Notes under the pieces: generated by a model | What the model was told of the DNA's origin: nothing | Seen by the model: the letters and a program-made list of their open reading frames with translations, nothing else | The model's database searches: none | Origin: Carpediemonas membranifera BICM | Lineage: Eukaryota; Protista; Fornicata | Assembly: GCA_019828565.1 (NCBI GenBank) | Contig: JAHDYR010000062.1 | Coordinates: 297,666-361,665, forward strand | Reading direction: 5' to 3' | DNA length: 64,000 bases | Shown here: one piece after another, positions 22,713-32,546 of the stretch | How the letters are laid out: every line of letters starts with the position of its first letter | Numbering within the stretch: the stretch's first letter is position 1 | Made by a program: the position numbers and the translations under genes

Positions 22713-23138
22713 GAGAATTTCTATCCAAGCTGTTTACGTTGTTACATTTGTCTATTTACGTAGACTCCTGGCATTGACAATACCTAAAACTGCGACATTT
22801 GTCGATCATGATTCGAGCAACTAGCCACCAAAAGGTAGAAACGGTAACGTCAGGGCTCGTGGAAGTTGCCAAAGTACAAGATTCTTACAAAATAATCCGA
22901 AAAACTGCTCAGGGCTTGCGAAAGGAAGAAGAAATCAACAAAAGGGTGAATGACACAGAGTTTCTGCTGCAAGAGATACGCGATTTGTTTATAGATGCCA
23001 TACAGACGATGAGGGACAAGTAAAAATGACATTCACTAGCTTTGCTTCTCATTTCACATATTCTTGTGAAATATTGTGAGAACCAAACTAAATGACGCAT
23101 TCCAAAAGGATTTTTGATTCATTCAAAGGAAAGTTGGA

Positions 23139-23609
23139 ATGCCTTGTACTATATGCCGCGCAACAGGCCATCACGCCGGAACCTGCCCGCTTGTTACCCT
23201 TAAAAACAAGCTAGATGGTGGGTGTAGCATTTTGGGGACAATGCGAGACATACTGACGGCGAATGGGACAGCGAAGCGCCTTCCGGTTGAGAGAATCGCT
23301 TCATGGGCGGTTCAAGTTATCCTCGACAAGGCAGATATGACTGAGATTCCAATGGGCCTTTCGCATCGCGAATACAGCCGTTCATCATCCCAGTCATCCG
23401 GGTCCTTCATCTCTGTATCATCACCACCGGCTCTTCCAGTCGACGCAAGCTTCGTGCATGTTCCTGTGCCTACTGAAGCAGTAGCTGATCTCTATACGTG
23501 GCTACACAACAGGCGCCTGGCAGCTGGTCGCGTCAGTACTGTCTCAGCATCTCAGGCGCTGGATGCGTCTGGGTTGGACGGTACAGAGGAAGACGACGTG
23601 GAAGAATAA
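23139..23609 (+). CDS. Small CCHC zinc-knuckle protein with acidic tail
   Basis: N-terminal CTICRATGHHAGTC (CX2CX4HX4C). Confidence 0.7.
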   Translation: MPCTICRATGHHAGTCPLVTLKNKLDGGCSILGTMRDILTANGTAKRLPVERIASWAVQVILDKADMTEIPMGLSHREYSRSSSQSSGSFISVSSPPALPVDASFVHVPVPTEAVADLYTWLHNRRLAAGRVSTVSASQALDASGLDGTEEDDVEE

Positions 23610-23701
23610 ACCTTTGGTTGCACCTCTTGATCGTTTATTATCCTCAGTGTTGCCCATGGTCCGTGTATGGCGCCTTGGAGGTGATGACATAAACTGCACG
23701 T

Positions 23702-24706
23702 TTACCAATACCCCACTTTACGGAACAATGCGGGCAAGTTGACAAGTTCTGACACGCTATCGAAGGCTTCGGTGATGTATGGCAGGGCATCTTCCTTCCT
23801 GCCACGGTTTTTGATCACTTCTCTCTTCACACAGGCAAACACTGTCTCAATGGGGTTCAAAAAAGGAGCATAGCCAGGTAGAAAGAAGAAGGTTACTCCG
23901 TACTCCTTGCTCAGTGGCTCATACAGCTCAGCGCGTCCCGTCTTATGACTCCGTGCGTTATCGAGCACCATGACCTTGTGCTGACCGCGGATACGCTCTA
24001 AGAAGCGACGTAGAACAGTAAAGAAGTCGTCTGCGTTGTACGTTCCCTCGGTGATAGCCCGGTCTATGATCCCATTTACGCCGAGGAGGGCGCATACTGA
24101 AACGCGCTTGCCCACAACTTTCCCGCTGGCCCTGCTCACCGAGTCGCCCACGGCCATCCACCCCTTGGTTCGTGCCTGATGGGGGTCGAAGGAGGTCTCG
24201 TCTAAGAAGACAAGATCTTTGAACGCGTGCTGAGGGCGGATTACCGTGGCGTACTCGGCCCAGAACTCACCGATACGTGTGGGGTCGCTCTCATACCACA
24301 TCTTGAGGCCCAGCTTGTAGTTGTAGCGGTGCTTTTTGAGCCAGCGGCGGAGGTGAGATACGGAGGGAGGGTCTTCTACCCAGCCTGCTAGGATGCCTCG
24401 AAGATCAGCAGCAGTGAACTGTCTGTCTTTATCCTCGCACCTAGCAACAGCTCGCATTATCAACTTGTCGTGCTTCATAGTCGATTTGTGTTCCCGCTTC
24501 CGCTTCTTGATCGTTCCTTGGTGCGTATAGTACAACCGTTTCCAACGTGTGACTGTTGACCGGCTTATTATGCCGAGTTGCTTCATTATATCTTTCTCGG
24601 AGGCCCCTTGGTCCATCATAAGACCAAAACGTATTCGCGTCTCAATCCCATAGGCCATGAGAATCAATACAATTATGACGCATGAAGTCGAGAATGAATG
24701 CGTCAT
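23702..24706 (-). CDS. IS630-Tc1-mariner superfamily transposase, DD37E, intact (start may be 24658)
   Basis: N-terminal HTH (ISRSTVTRWKR), VFLDET, VLDNARSH and LPGYAPFLNPIE, with 37 residues between the second D and E. Confidence 0.93.
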   Translation of the reverse strand: MTHSFSTSCVIIVLILMAYGIETRIRFGLMMDQGASEKDIMKQLGIISRSTVTRWKRLYYTHQGTIKKRKREHKSTMKHDKLIMRAVARCEDKDRQFTAADLRGILAGWVEDPPSVSHLRRWLKKHRYNYKLGLKMWYESDPTRIGEFWAEYATVIRPQHAFKDLVFLDETSFDPHQARTKGWMAVGDSVSRASGKVVGKRVSVCALLGVNGIIDRAITEGTYNADDFFTVLRRFLERIRGQHKVMVLDNARSHKTGRAELYEPLSKEYGVTFFFLPGYAPFLNPIETVFACVKREVIKNRGRKEDALPYITEAFDSVSELVNLPALFRKVGYW

Positions 24707-24778
24707 TTATTCTGGCTTCGACAATATGTGAAATGTGAAACAGATTCTAGTGAATCTCATTTTTTCTTGCACTTTTTG

Positions 24779-24828
24779 GAGTATCTCCAGGGTATCTCCC
24801 GGGAGACTCTAGCCATTCTTACAGTATG
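24779..24828 (-). repeat. Right TIR
   Basis: Inverse of 7247-7296, followed by the CT duplication. Confidence 0.97.
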
Positions 24829-27072
24829 CTGTCGTCCGGGTACCACCAGATCCCTTTGACAGAACGATCAAGACCCCTGACTGCATTTACCACCGTACTA
24901 GGGCAGTATCAATACCGACGGATGCCTTTCGGGCTGCGCAACGCAGGAGCTCACTTCCAGAAGGCCATGGAGCGCGCCTTCGCCGGGCTCGTGGGCAGCT
25001 CATGTTACATTTACATCGACGATATTATTGTCTTCGGCAGCGACGAGGCCGAATATCTCGCGAACCTCGAAAGAGTCCTGGACCGTGCGCGTAAGGTCAA
25101 GCTCCAGCTCAATCGCGAGAAATGCCAATTCGGCAGGCAGGAGGTCGAGTTCTTAGGTTGGGTTGTCAATGATGGGCAGGTGAGAATCGCACCCAGCCGT
25201 GTAGACGACATCGCAAATCTCCAGATGCCGACATCCATCAAGGGCATGCAGGGCCTAGTAGGATTCCTCAACTATTTCCGGGATCACATCCCCCATTTTG
25301 CGGAAATCGGACACCCGTTAATCAAAGCTATGTCCGGTCACACAAGTCTCGGCCTGACCGCCCAGCAGGAGGCCCTCGATAAGCTCAAGCAGAGCCTTAC
25401 CTCCGCTGACGCCCTAGCAATTTTCGACGCCACGAAGGAGCATTCTATAATGACCGACGCCTCGGGAGTGGGGTACGGCGCAGTCCTATTGCAAGAGGGC
25501 AAGCCTGTCTGTTACATGTCGAAGGCCTTCAACGCCACACAGTCTCGTTGGTCAACGATTGAGAAGGAGGCGTACGCCATTGTGGCGGCCTTGCAGCGCT
25601 GGCGCAAGTTCCTTGCCTGGGGACCTTTCTCCATACTCACTGACCACCGAAACCTTACCTTCATGTACCGTAGCATCAACCCGAAAGTCAGGAGGTGGGC
25701 CGATGCCATTTCCGACTTGGACTTTGAGATTAAGCACGTCGCCGGCCTGGACAATGGAGCCGCAGATGGTCTGTCCCGTGTGTTTACTATGTTCACTCGC
25801 AAAGCTACGACCGATGAGATTGAAGAAGCACACACCACCGCCGGCGCCCATCTATCTCGACGACTAACGACCGAGAAGCTTAGAGCCGAAGGGTTGTCGG
25901 TGTCGAGAGCCGCAGTCGACCAGGTGATTGCAGCTTGCCCGGTGTGCCAAGTCCTCGAGAGACCCCACGTCGATACACCGGATGGTCTGCATACCGCCGT
26001 TGATGAACCGTTTAAGCGAGTAGCCATCGACACCTTAGGTCCGTTCCCCAAGTCGCAGGGGTTCACGCACATCTCCGTCATCATAGATATGTGTAGTAGG
26101 TGGACCGAGTTGGTTCCAGTCACAGGTACGACTGCGCAAGCCGCAGTTACGGCGTTCGTTAATAACTGGGTCTTACGCTATGGCTGCCCCGAGGTCTTAC
26201 AGACTGACGGCGGGCCCGAGTTTAACAATCAGCTCATGAAGTCCCTGGCCGACGAGATGGGTTTCCACACCCATGTTACGACTCCACATCACCCGCAATC
26301 TAATGGCATCGTCGAACGGGCCAACAGTGGAGTTCTCAAAATCTTGAAGGCCAGAAAGTTCCATTTCCGGGACGCGGACTGGGTCAAGCACTTACCTGTC
26401 GCACAATTTATCGTCAATTCGACGCCCAGGATACCCACTCACCTCTCACCATCCGAGATCATACTAGGTGTCAACATCAGGATCCCGAACGAGATCATCA
26501 TCTGCACCCACTCGACTAGCGCCAGAATACAGGACAGACGCGCGGCGGCTGGCCAAGCCATCCAGCTAGCGAAGGCTAGAATTCAGGCAATGAGAGAGGA
26601 CGCTCTCGCAAACGCCGCATCGTCACGTCAGGAGTTACTGTGCCGGTTCGTGTTGGTCAAGTACCCAGCCAGACCTCCCAACAAGCTGATGCCAGGATGG
26701 CGAGGGCCCATGCGACGGGTCAGTGCGGTTAAGCAAGATGGCGTGACGGTCGCCTATGAAGTTCAGGACCTCAACCAGGGAAGCCAAGGCAAGATATTGA
26801 AGGTCGACGCCCCGCGCGTACGCAGATTTAACCCTGGCAATCTATCCGAGCGAGAGATCAAGGACTTGGCCGCCACGGCGAACGATGAGTGGGAAGTGGA
26901 CCGTATTTCCAAATCGCGAGGGAACGGAACACGAACCAAACGCGAATACCGCGTTCACTGGTCTGGTTTCGAGGACGAGGAGGCGACATGGCAGGATTGG
27001 GACTCCGTCAAGGACCTGGAAGCATTAGATATATATTTGAAGTCTGACCAAGCCAAACTGGACGGTCTATAA
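24829..27072 (+). pseudogene. E3 pol C-terminal half: RT, RNase H, integrase, chromodomain
   Basis: LSSGYHQ, MPFGL, YIDD, TDAS, TDGG/VERAN, WRGP and WEVDRI..YRVHWSGF..ATW. Direct continuation of 5552-7246. Confidence 0.95.
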
Positions 27073-27133
27073 ATCTTCACCACATCTAATCGCTCCAGCG
27101 TCAAGTCATCAGATTTATTCGTCGTCCGACTCC

Positions 27134-27227
27134 TGTGGTACCCAAACAATTGAGAGAGTGAAATTTAGAAGCAGGTTTGAGATCATTGACCAAATAAGAC
27201 TGATCATTAAATGAGGTCGTCATGACA
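27134..27227 (-). repeat. E4 3' LTR (94 bp)
   Basis: Identical to 31385-31478. Confidence 0.96.
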
Positions 27228-27536
27228 CTTCCCCCCATGATCCCAAACCGTCCACAAGCTCAAACGTGCCTCCCAACCGTCAGCAAAAATTCTAACGGTT
27301 CAAGTCCGGCGAAATGCAAAACCCGCCAGACCGACTCCAGTGAAGTCAAAAACGCAATTGAGCACAATAGTCTGAAGAACGCTGTTCTAAACGAACAAAT
27401 AGCGGACAGAATGGTGTAGAACATAAGAAATAACCAATATCAGTAACTAGATTCCAACGTTCTGCTCTTCCCCCCCTAGGCTGCGGTCACCAACTGGGCA
27501 AAACCCCAAAATGGCTTTTTGATGAGCCGTTGGTTA

Positions 27537-30500
27537 TTAGCGCTGCCTATAGGAAGCTAATTTCCTTTGACCTCGGAGTTTTCTGCGCAAACTCGGTTTG
27601 TCTGCGAGGTACTCCTCAAACGCCCTAAGTTCATCAAGGTCGGCGTTGAAGCGTTCCCATGTCGCCTCTTCCTCGAGGTACCCCTCCCACAGCACATGTA
27701 GGTGAAGGACGCCGTCCTCAAATTTGTGAGAGTCGATCGCTTCTACGACATATTCGTCAACTCTCTGGGCCGCGAGCCGTGTCAACTCAGCCCTTGTCGC
27801 GTCAGACTCAAAATGTCTTAGACGCTCGGCATGGACCTTAGCCACTACGCCTGTCGTCAGGTTCTCCACGTAGTAAACGTTCGGCGACTCTGCGGGTCCC
27901 TGGCACCACATTGGCCCAGCCAGCTTCGTGCGGCGGCCGACAGTGGTCGTTACCAGCACTGGCTTGTTCGATAGGGCCACGTGTGATGCTTCTGATGGTG
28001 TTTGTTGTTGCAGCGCCTGGTCTTGGATGACTCTCTGTAGTTCTAGGCTGCGCTTGAAGGCCTCAAATGGCATCTTGCTCTCATTGCTCATGATCTCTTC
28101 TGGTCTTACGACCACGTCTTGGTTATAAAGCAAATTCAGTGGCGATAGGCCTGTCCTGGCCACAGATGTTGAATTAATGATGTACTGAGCCAAAGGTAGT
28201 AGCCGCGTCCATCTAAACTCCTGCAGATCGAGCATTAGCGTCTCTAGATGCCTCTTAACCTCGGCGTTGACCCTCTCAACTATTCCTTGAGAACCCGGGC
28301 GGTAAGGCGTGCCGACGTGATGTTGCGACCCGAGCCTTTCCATTAGAGCGTCAATCAGCTTATTTCTATACTGGCTGCCCCCGTCGCTGTGAATCACCCG
28401 GGGAATTCCGTAGTGACCCACCCAGGCCAAAATTGCCCCTGCCGCGGCATCTGCGTCCGTCGAACGCGTGGGGACCAGCATAGTTAGCTTCGAGTACGTG
28501 TCAATTAACACGCACACGTACCGCAGACCCTCGCTCTCCGCGATGGGTCCGATCGTGTCTACCTGCACGACATCAAACGGCAGGCGACCTGCCGTACGGT
28601 GGCACAAGTGTTGGACGGGCTTGGCCGTCTTGCGCGTGACCTGGCACACAGGACACGACTGGACAAACTCCTCTGCGTCCTTATACATGCCCCTCCACCT
28701 CCTACCGAGCGATATAAGCTTGTTCACCGTCGCTCTCGCTCCGAGATGGCCGTGTATGCCTCCGTGAACCTCGGAGATCCACGTGGCGTGATCATCTGCC
28801 TCGACTGTTGCACCGCATAGGCGAGATAGCGCGTCGGCAGCACCGTTCGCTTGACCAGGCACGTGTACGACGGAATAGTCGAACCTTTCCAGTGCCATGC
28901 GCCATCTAGTTACCTTAGCGTTCGTGCTTGTCGCGATATACAGCAAATTCCGGTGGTCCGTTCTCACAGTAAACGGCCTGCCTACTAGGAACCGCTCGGC
29001 CTTGATCATAGCGTAATAAATGCCGAAGCCTTCCTTTTCATAGGTGCTCCACCTTCTTTGAACATCCGATAGTGTCTTGGAATAGAAAGCAATCGGACGC
29101 TCCTCCCCGTCTTCGATCTGTAACAAAACTGCCCCGACAGCGTAGTCACTCGCGTCGGTTTGTAGGATTAATTGGCAGCCACGCTTGGGGTGACTTAACA
29201 TGTTGTTCTGAGATAGGGTCGCTTTGATGTCGACTAGGGCATCTTGTTGGGCCTTCTCCCAACGGAACTCTTCCTTGGCTCTCGTCAGAGCCAGGACTGG
29301 CTCCATCATATTGCCGTAGTTCGGAATCATATGGCTAAAATAGTTCGTGAACCCGAGTAAGGTTCTGACTCCGGCAACATCTCTCGGGCTGGTTAGGCGG
29401 TCGATGCCTTCTAGGCGGTCAGGCGCGATTCGCTTGCCGTCGCCATTCACAAGCCAGCCCAAGTATTCTATTTCTGTCAGTCCGAACTCAGACTTGGACA
29501 GATTCAGCTTCAACTTGGCCGAGTTGAGCTTTCTCAAGACATAGTCCAGATTGTCGAGGTACTCTCTCTGGTTCTCTCCGAATATTACTATGTCGTCTAC
29601 ATATGCGAGACACCGTGTCCACAGTGCATCGCCTAGTACGGATTCGAGGGTCTTCTGACAGAAGGCTGCGGCCCCTTTGAGTCCGAAAGCTAAACGCTTG
29701 TACTGGTACTTACGCTTCCCAACTGTAAACGCCGTTAGTCTGCGTGAGCTCTTGGTCATAGGAATCTGGTGAAAGGCCTTGCTTAGGTCCAGCTTAGCGA
29801 AGAGGGTCTTACCCTCTAGTCTTGCTACCAGATCGTCAATGATAGGGAGGTCGTGATCGAAGTCCTCCGTCGCGTCGTTAAGGCGCCGAAAGTCCAAGCA
29901 GAGCCTGCGGGTGCGATCGCGCTTCCATACAAGCACCGTAGGATTGTTATAGTTGCTCGTAGACTCCTCAATCACATTCAGATCCTCCAGCTGCGCCGTC
30001 TGGCGCTGCATATCCTCTCTTTCTTCAGCCGAGACGTGGTATGGAGGGATGTTGATAACCTTCTGGTTTGTAAGAACCAGTTCGAAGGGTGGAACGTCTG
30101 CTGGCTGCGAAATGTCGCCGAGAACGTCTTTGTACTTGCTTAGGATGGTATTAGTCTCTTCAGGGAAGCTACGTATCTGTAGTTCGTGCTCCGCTTCAGC
30201 AAGGGTAAATAACGTCTCGTCTACTTCATCTTCATCAAGCTCCGCGAAGTGTGGCTCTCCAGAATTCTCCATCGTCGGCTTGACGATCGTGATTAGCCCC
30301 AACGCACTTAATGTCGATATTCCCATAACTAATGTCGGCTTCAGCCCGGGTAGCACCCGCAAATTGAGAGCAGCTTGAGTTCTCCGCCCAGTAGATGGCA
30401 ACACTCCAAAATCTGCACTCAACTTAACAATGCCGGGTGAGTTGTAAATCGTACCAGTGGCCAGCTTAACCTTAGCATGGTCGGGCTCGACGACTAGGCC

Positions 30501-31373
30501 GAGCTCTTTGACGAGGGATTGGGATATAAAGTCGGCAGAGGCCCCTGTGTCATAAAGGAACGCCAACACTCTCCCCAGGATGCCCACCTCGCCAATGGGT
30601 CTGTTGTCGCGGTCCTCCGCGACCAAAGCATTAAGATGAACGTACTTCTGCCCCTTTACTCCCTCACGCTCGTCACGCTTACGCTTCCAACACGTATCAG
30701 CAGTGTGACCCTTGCGCTGGCAGTACTCACAAGCAGTTTCCGACTTCTCCTTAGCCTTAGTCATCGTTGCGGAGGTCGCACTCTCTCGCTCCACACGCTG
30801 GTGCTCTCTGCGAGCCTTCTCTGCTTCCGTGGCCTGGATGAATGCCTCGGCGATCGTCTCGTCAAGCGTCTTCGCCTTCTTAGCATTCACTCGCTCCTTC
30901 AAGCGACCGTACCTGATGCCAGCAACAAAGGCATCGACGATGAGCTTCTCCGTGGGCCGAACCTTACAACAGTTACGAACTTGACGCTTATACGCCAGGG
31001 CATACGCGGCCATGTTGTCAATGAGGTTACCCTCAGAGCCGCACGACAAGTCCTTAAAGCGATCTAAAGCGTCCACCTCATCCAGAGGCTGCATCAGCTC
31101 GTCTACCATGGTGATAAAGGCCTCGTTGAGTTCAGAGGTATCGGCCGGCTCTTCATCCGGCGTTTCATTAGCGTACTCAAGGAACCCCTCAAGTTCAGGG
31201 ATTCGGATCTTAAGAACCTCTAGGACCTGCGTTTCGATTAGGTCAAAGGCAACGATCGGATCGGCTTCACGGGCAGCATACTGCTCGTAGTCTTGACGGA
31301 AAGTATACCACGACTTGGTGGTGGCCTTTCGCAGGAACGGGGCGTTGTTGAGTTTTGTTTCAGGTAAATGCAT
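27537..31373 (-). CDS. E4 single-ORF Gag-Pol with chromodomain
   Basis: ATG at 31373 (the ORF-track start lies inside the LTR). CEYCQRKGHTADTC, YDTGAS, YVDD, TDAS, HHCC, SDGG/VERVN and YVVEAI..VLWEGY..ATWE. Confidence 0.96.
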   Translation of the reverse strand: MHLPETKLNNAPFLRKATTKSWYTFRQDYEQYAAREADPIVAFDLIETQVLEVLKIRIPELEGFLEYANETPDEEPADTSELNEAFITMVDELMQPLDEVDALDRFKDLSCGSEGNLIDNMAAYALAYKRQVRNCCKVRPTEKLIVDAFVAGIRYGRLKERVNAKKAKTLDETIAEAFIQATEAEKARREHQRVERESATSATMTKAKEKSETACEYCQRKGHTADTCWKRKRDEREGVKGQKYVHLNALVAEDRDNRPIGEVGILGRVLAFLYDTGASADFISQSLVKELGLVVEPDHAKVKLATGTIYNSPGIVKLSADFGVLPSTGRRTQAALNLRVLPGLKPTLVMGISTLSALGLITIVKPTMENSGEPHFAELDEDEVDETLFTLAEAEHELQIRSFPEETNTILSKYKDVLGDISQPADVPPFELVLTNQKVINIPPYHVSAEEREDMQRQTAQLEDLNVIEESTSNYNNPTVLVWKRDRTRRLCLDFRRLNDATEDFDHDLPIIDDLVARLEGKTLFAKLDLSKAFHQIPMTKSSRRLTAFTVGKRKYQYKRLAFGLKGAAAFCQKTLESVLGDALWTRCLAYVDDIVIFGENQREYLDNLDYVLRKLNSAKLKLNLSKSEFGLTEIEYLGWLVNGDGKRIAPDRLEGIDRLTSPRDVAGVRTLLGFTNYFSHMIPNYGNMMEPVLALTRAKEEFRWEKAQQDALVDIKATLSQNNMLSHPKRGCQLILQTDASDYAVGAVLLQIEDGEERPIAFYSKTLSDVQRRWSTYEKEGFGIYYAMIKAERFLVGRPFTVRTDHRNLLYIATSTNAKVTRWRMALERFDYSVVHVPGQANGAADALSRLCGATVEADDHATWISEVHGGIHGHLGARATVNKLISLGRRWRGMYKDAEEFVQSCPVCQVTRKTAKPVQHLCHRTAGRLPFDVVQVDTIGPIAESEGLRYVCVLIDTYSKLTMLVPTRSTDADAAAGAILAWVGHYGIPRVIHSDGGSQYRNKLIDALMERLGSQHHVGTPYRPGSQGIVERVNAEVKRHLETLMLDLQEFRWTRLLPLAQYIINSTSVARTGLSPLNLLYNQDVVVRPEEIMSNESKMPFEAFKRSLELQRVIQDQALQQQTPSEASHVALSNKPVLVTTTVGRRTKLAGPMWCQGPAESPNVYYVENLTTGVVAKVHAERLRHFESDATRAELTRLAAQRVDEYVVEAIDSHKFEDGVLHLHVLWEGYLEEEATWERFNADLDELRAFEEYLADKPSLRRKLRGQRKLASYRQR

Positions 31374-31384
31374 GCAGTAATTAC

Positions 31385-31478
31385 TGTGGTACCCAAACAA
31401 TTGAGAGAGTGAAATTTAGAAGCAGGTTTGAGATCATTGACCAAATAAGACTGATCATTAAATGAGGTCGTCATGACA
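31385..31478 (-). repeat. E4 5' LTR (94 bp)
   Basis: Identical to 27134-27227. Confidence 0.96.
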
Positions 31479-32546
31479 ACTCCTCGGTATCGGTCAGCTC
31501 GACCAACCAAGACGCGTCAGCGTGGCGCTCAAGATCGTGCTCAGCAAGATAGTCGCGCACACAACGGACGAGACAGAGATCGGCGTTCAGCCAGACGATG
31601 CTGAGGCCTGAGTAACCCTCATACTGGAGTATGAGAGCGAAGGTCCCAGGTCCACGAGTCGTTTTCAGGAACTCATGGCGGACAACACACGTCACCGTGT
31701 AGTAACGGTCCGGGTCAGAGACCTGGAGAGGCTCCCAATGGATCTCGTCCCCGATGGCAGGCAGGTGACCATCGCGGCACAGCTCGTCGACCAGCATCGC
31801 CCAGAAAGCGATGGGTGCACCGATACCGCGGCTGATGCCAAAGAGCGCTACCCTGAAGTTGTCCGGCGAAAAGACGAGGATCATGAGCCGGTTGAGGTAA
31901 CCACGAGCCGTGGTATCAGATCCGACATTAGCAGCAGCGCGCACTGCGGCCACGAGCCCAGCTGAGTAACGCCCATTGCCAGTCAGGCTGATATCGCCAC
32001 TCTGAAGGGCGGCCGACACGATGTCCCCGTCAGTGAGGGTCGGGCGCAGACGGATCTTAAGGTGAGACACCACGCCAGCGAGAGCGAACTGACAGAAAGC
32101 CACGAGGCCGAGTACCTGCCGACACTTCACTACATCCATGTACACCGAAGCCTGATGAAGGTGTCCTTGCTCGATTGCGTCGAAGATGCGCTGAAGAGGC
32201 ATCTCGACGGAGTTGGTGTAGCCGGCTAGGCGCCGAGTGACCTCCGCTCGTATGTCGCGAGGTAGCTGGTGGGATGCGGTTGTCGGGCGAGTGATCCCGC
32301 TCCGCGGCCTGCACACGGTGTCTGAATGAGTATTCTGTTGATATTGGTTACTTACAAGTTCCCGGTGGCCAAACGCTTGCGTTGCGTACGGGTCTGAGCA
32401 CGAAGAGAACGACAGACGGCGGAATGAGCGGAAACAAGAGGCTTAGTGAGTTCCTCGTCACCAATTTCGGCGATTTTAGCGCGAATAGTATCCAGAATTA
32501 CTTCTACGGCGGCGTTGTCCGACATCAACTGAGTTGACGGCGACAT
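31479..32546 (-). CDS. E3 antisense accessory gene with C-terminal chromodomain-like region; last codons displaced to 27115-27128 by E4
   Basis: YYTVTCVVRH...LILQYEGYSGLSIVWL..DL..VRCVRDYL resembles the integrase chromodomains. Removing E4 gives ...ELTDTEESDDE-stop. A candidate first exon lies at 32356-32546 with a 34-nt GTAAGT..CAG intron (32322-32355). Confidence 0.6.

Larger units (their letters stand above)
7247..24828. mobile_element. Giant cargo-carrying TIR DNA transposon (17,582 bp; ~13.0 kb without nested E5)
   Basis: 50-bp TIRs with one mismatch and a flanking CT duplication. Excision restores CTA GAC CTG TCG TCC GGG TAC (LDLSSGY) in frame in the E3 RT. Confidence 0.93.
27134..31478 (-). 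mobile_element. Complete intact Gypsy/chromovirus element E4 (4,345 bp) nested in E3
   Basis: Identical 94-bp LTRs (27134-27227, 31385-31478), 5-bp TSD ACTCC (27129-27133 / 31479-31483) and a minus-strand PPT GGGGGGAAG at 27228-27236. Confidence 0.97.

Noticed and set aside
7249-24826. Simple Tc1 element with TA target duplication
   Set aside because: The inverted repeat extends through CATA/TATG, and a TA-only excision leaves the RT out of frame. Kept only as the alternative reading in the findings.
7247-24828. Polinton/virophage or endogenous virus
   Set aside because: No recognisable protein-primed polymerase, packaging ATPase, capsid or retroviral-type integrase in the native cargo, and the TSD is 2 bp.
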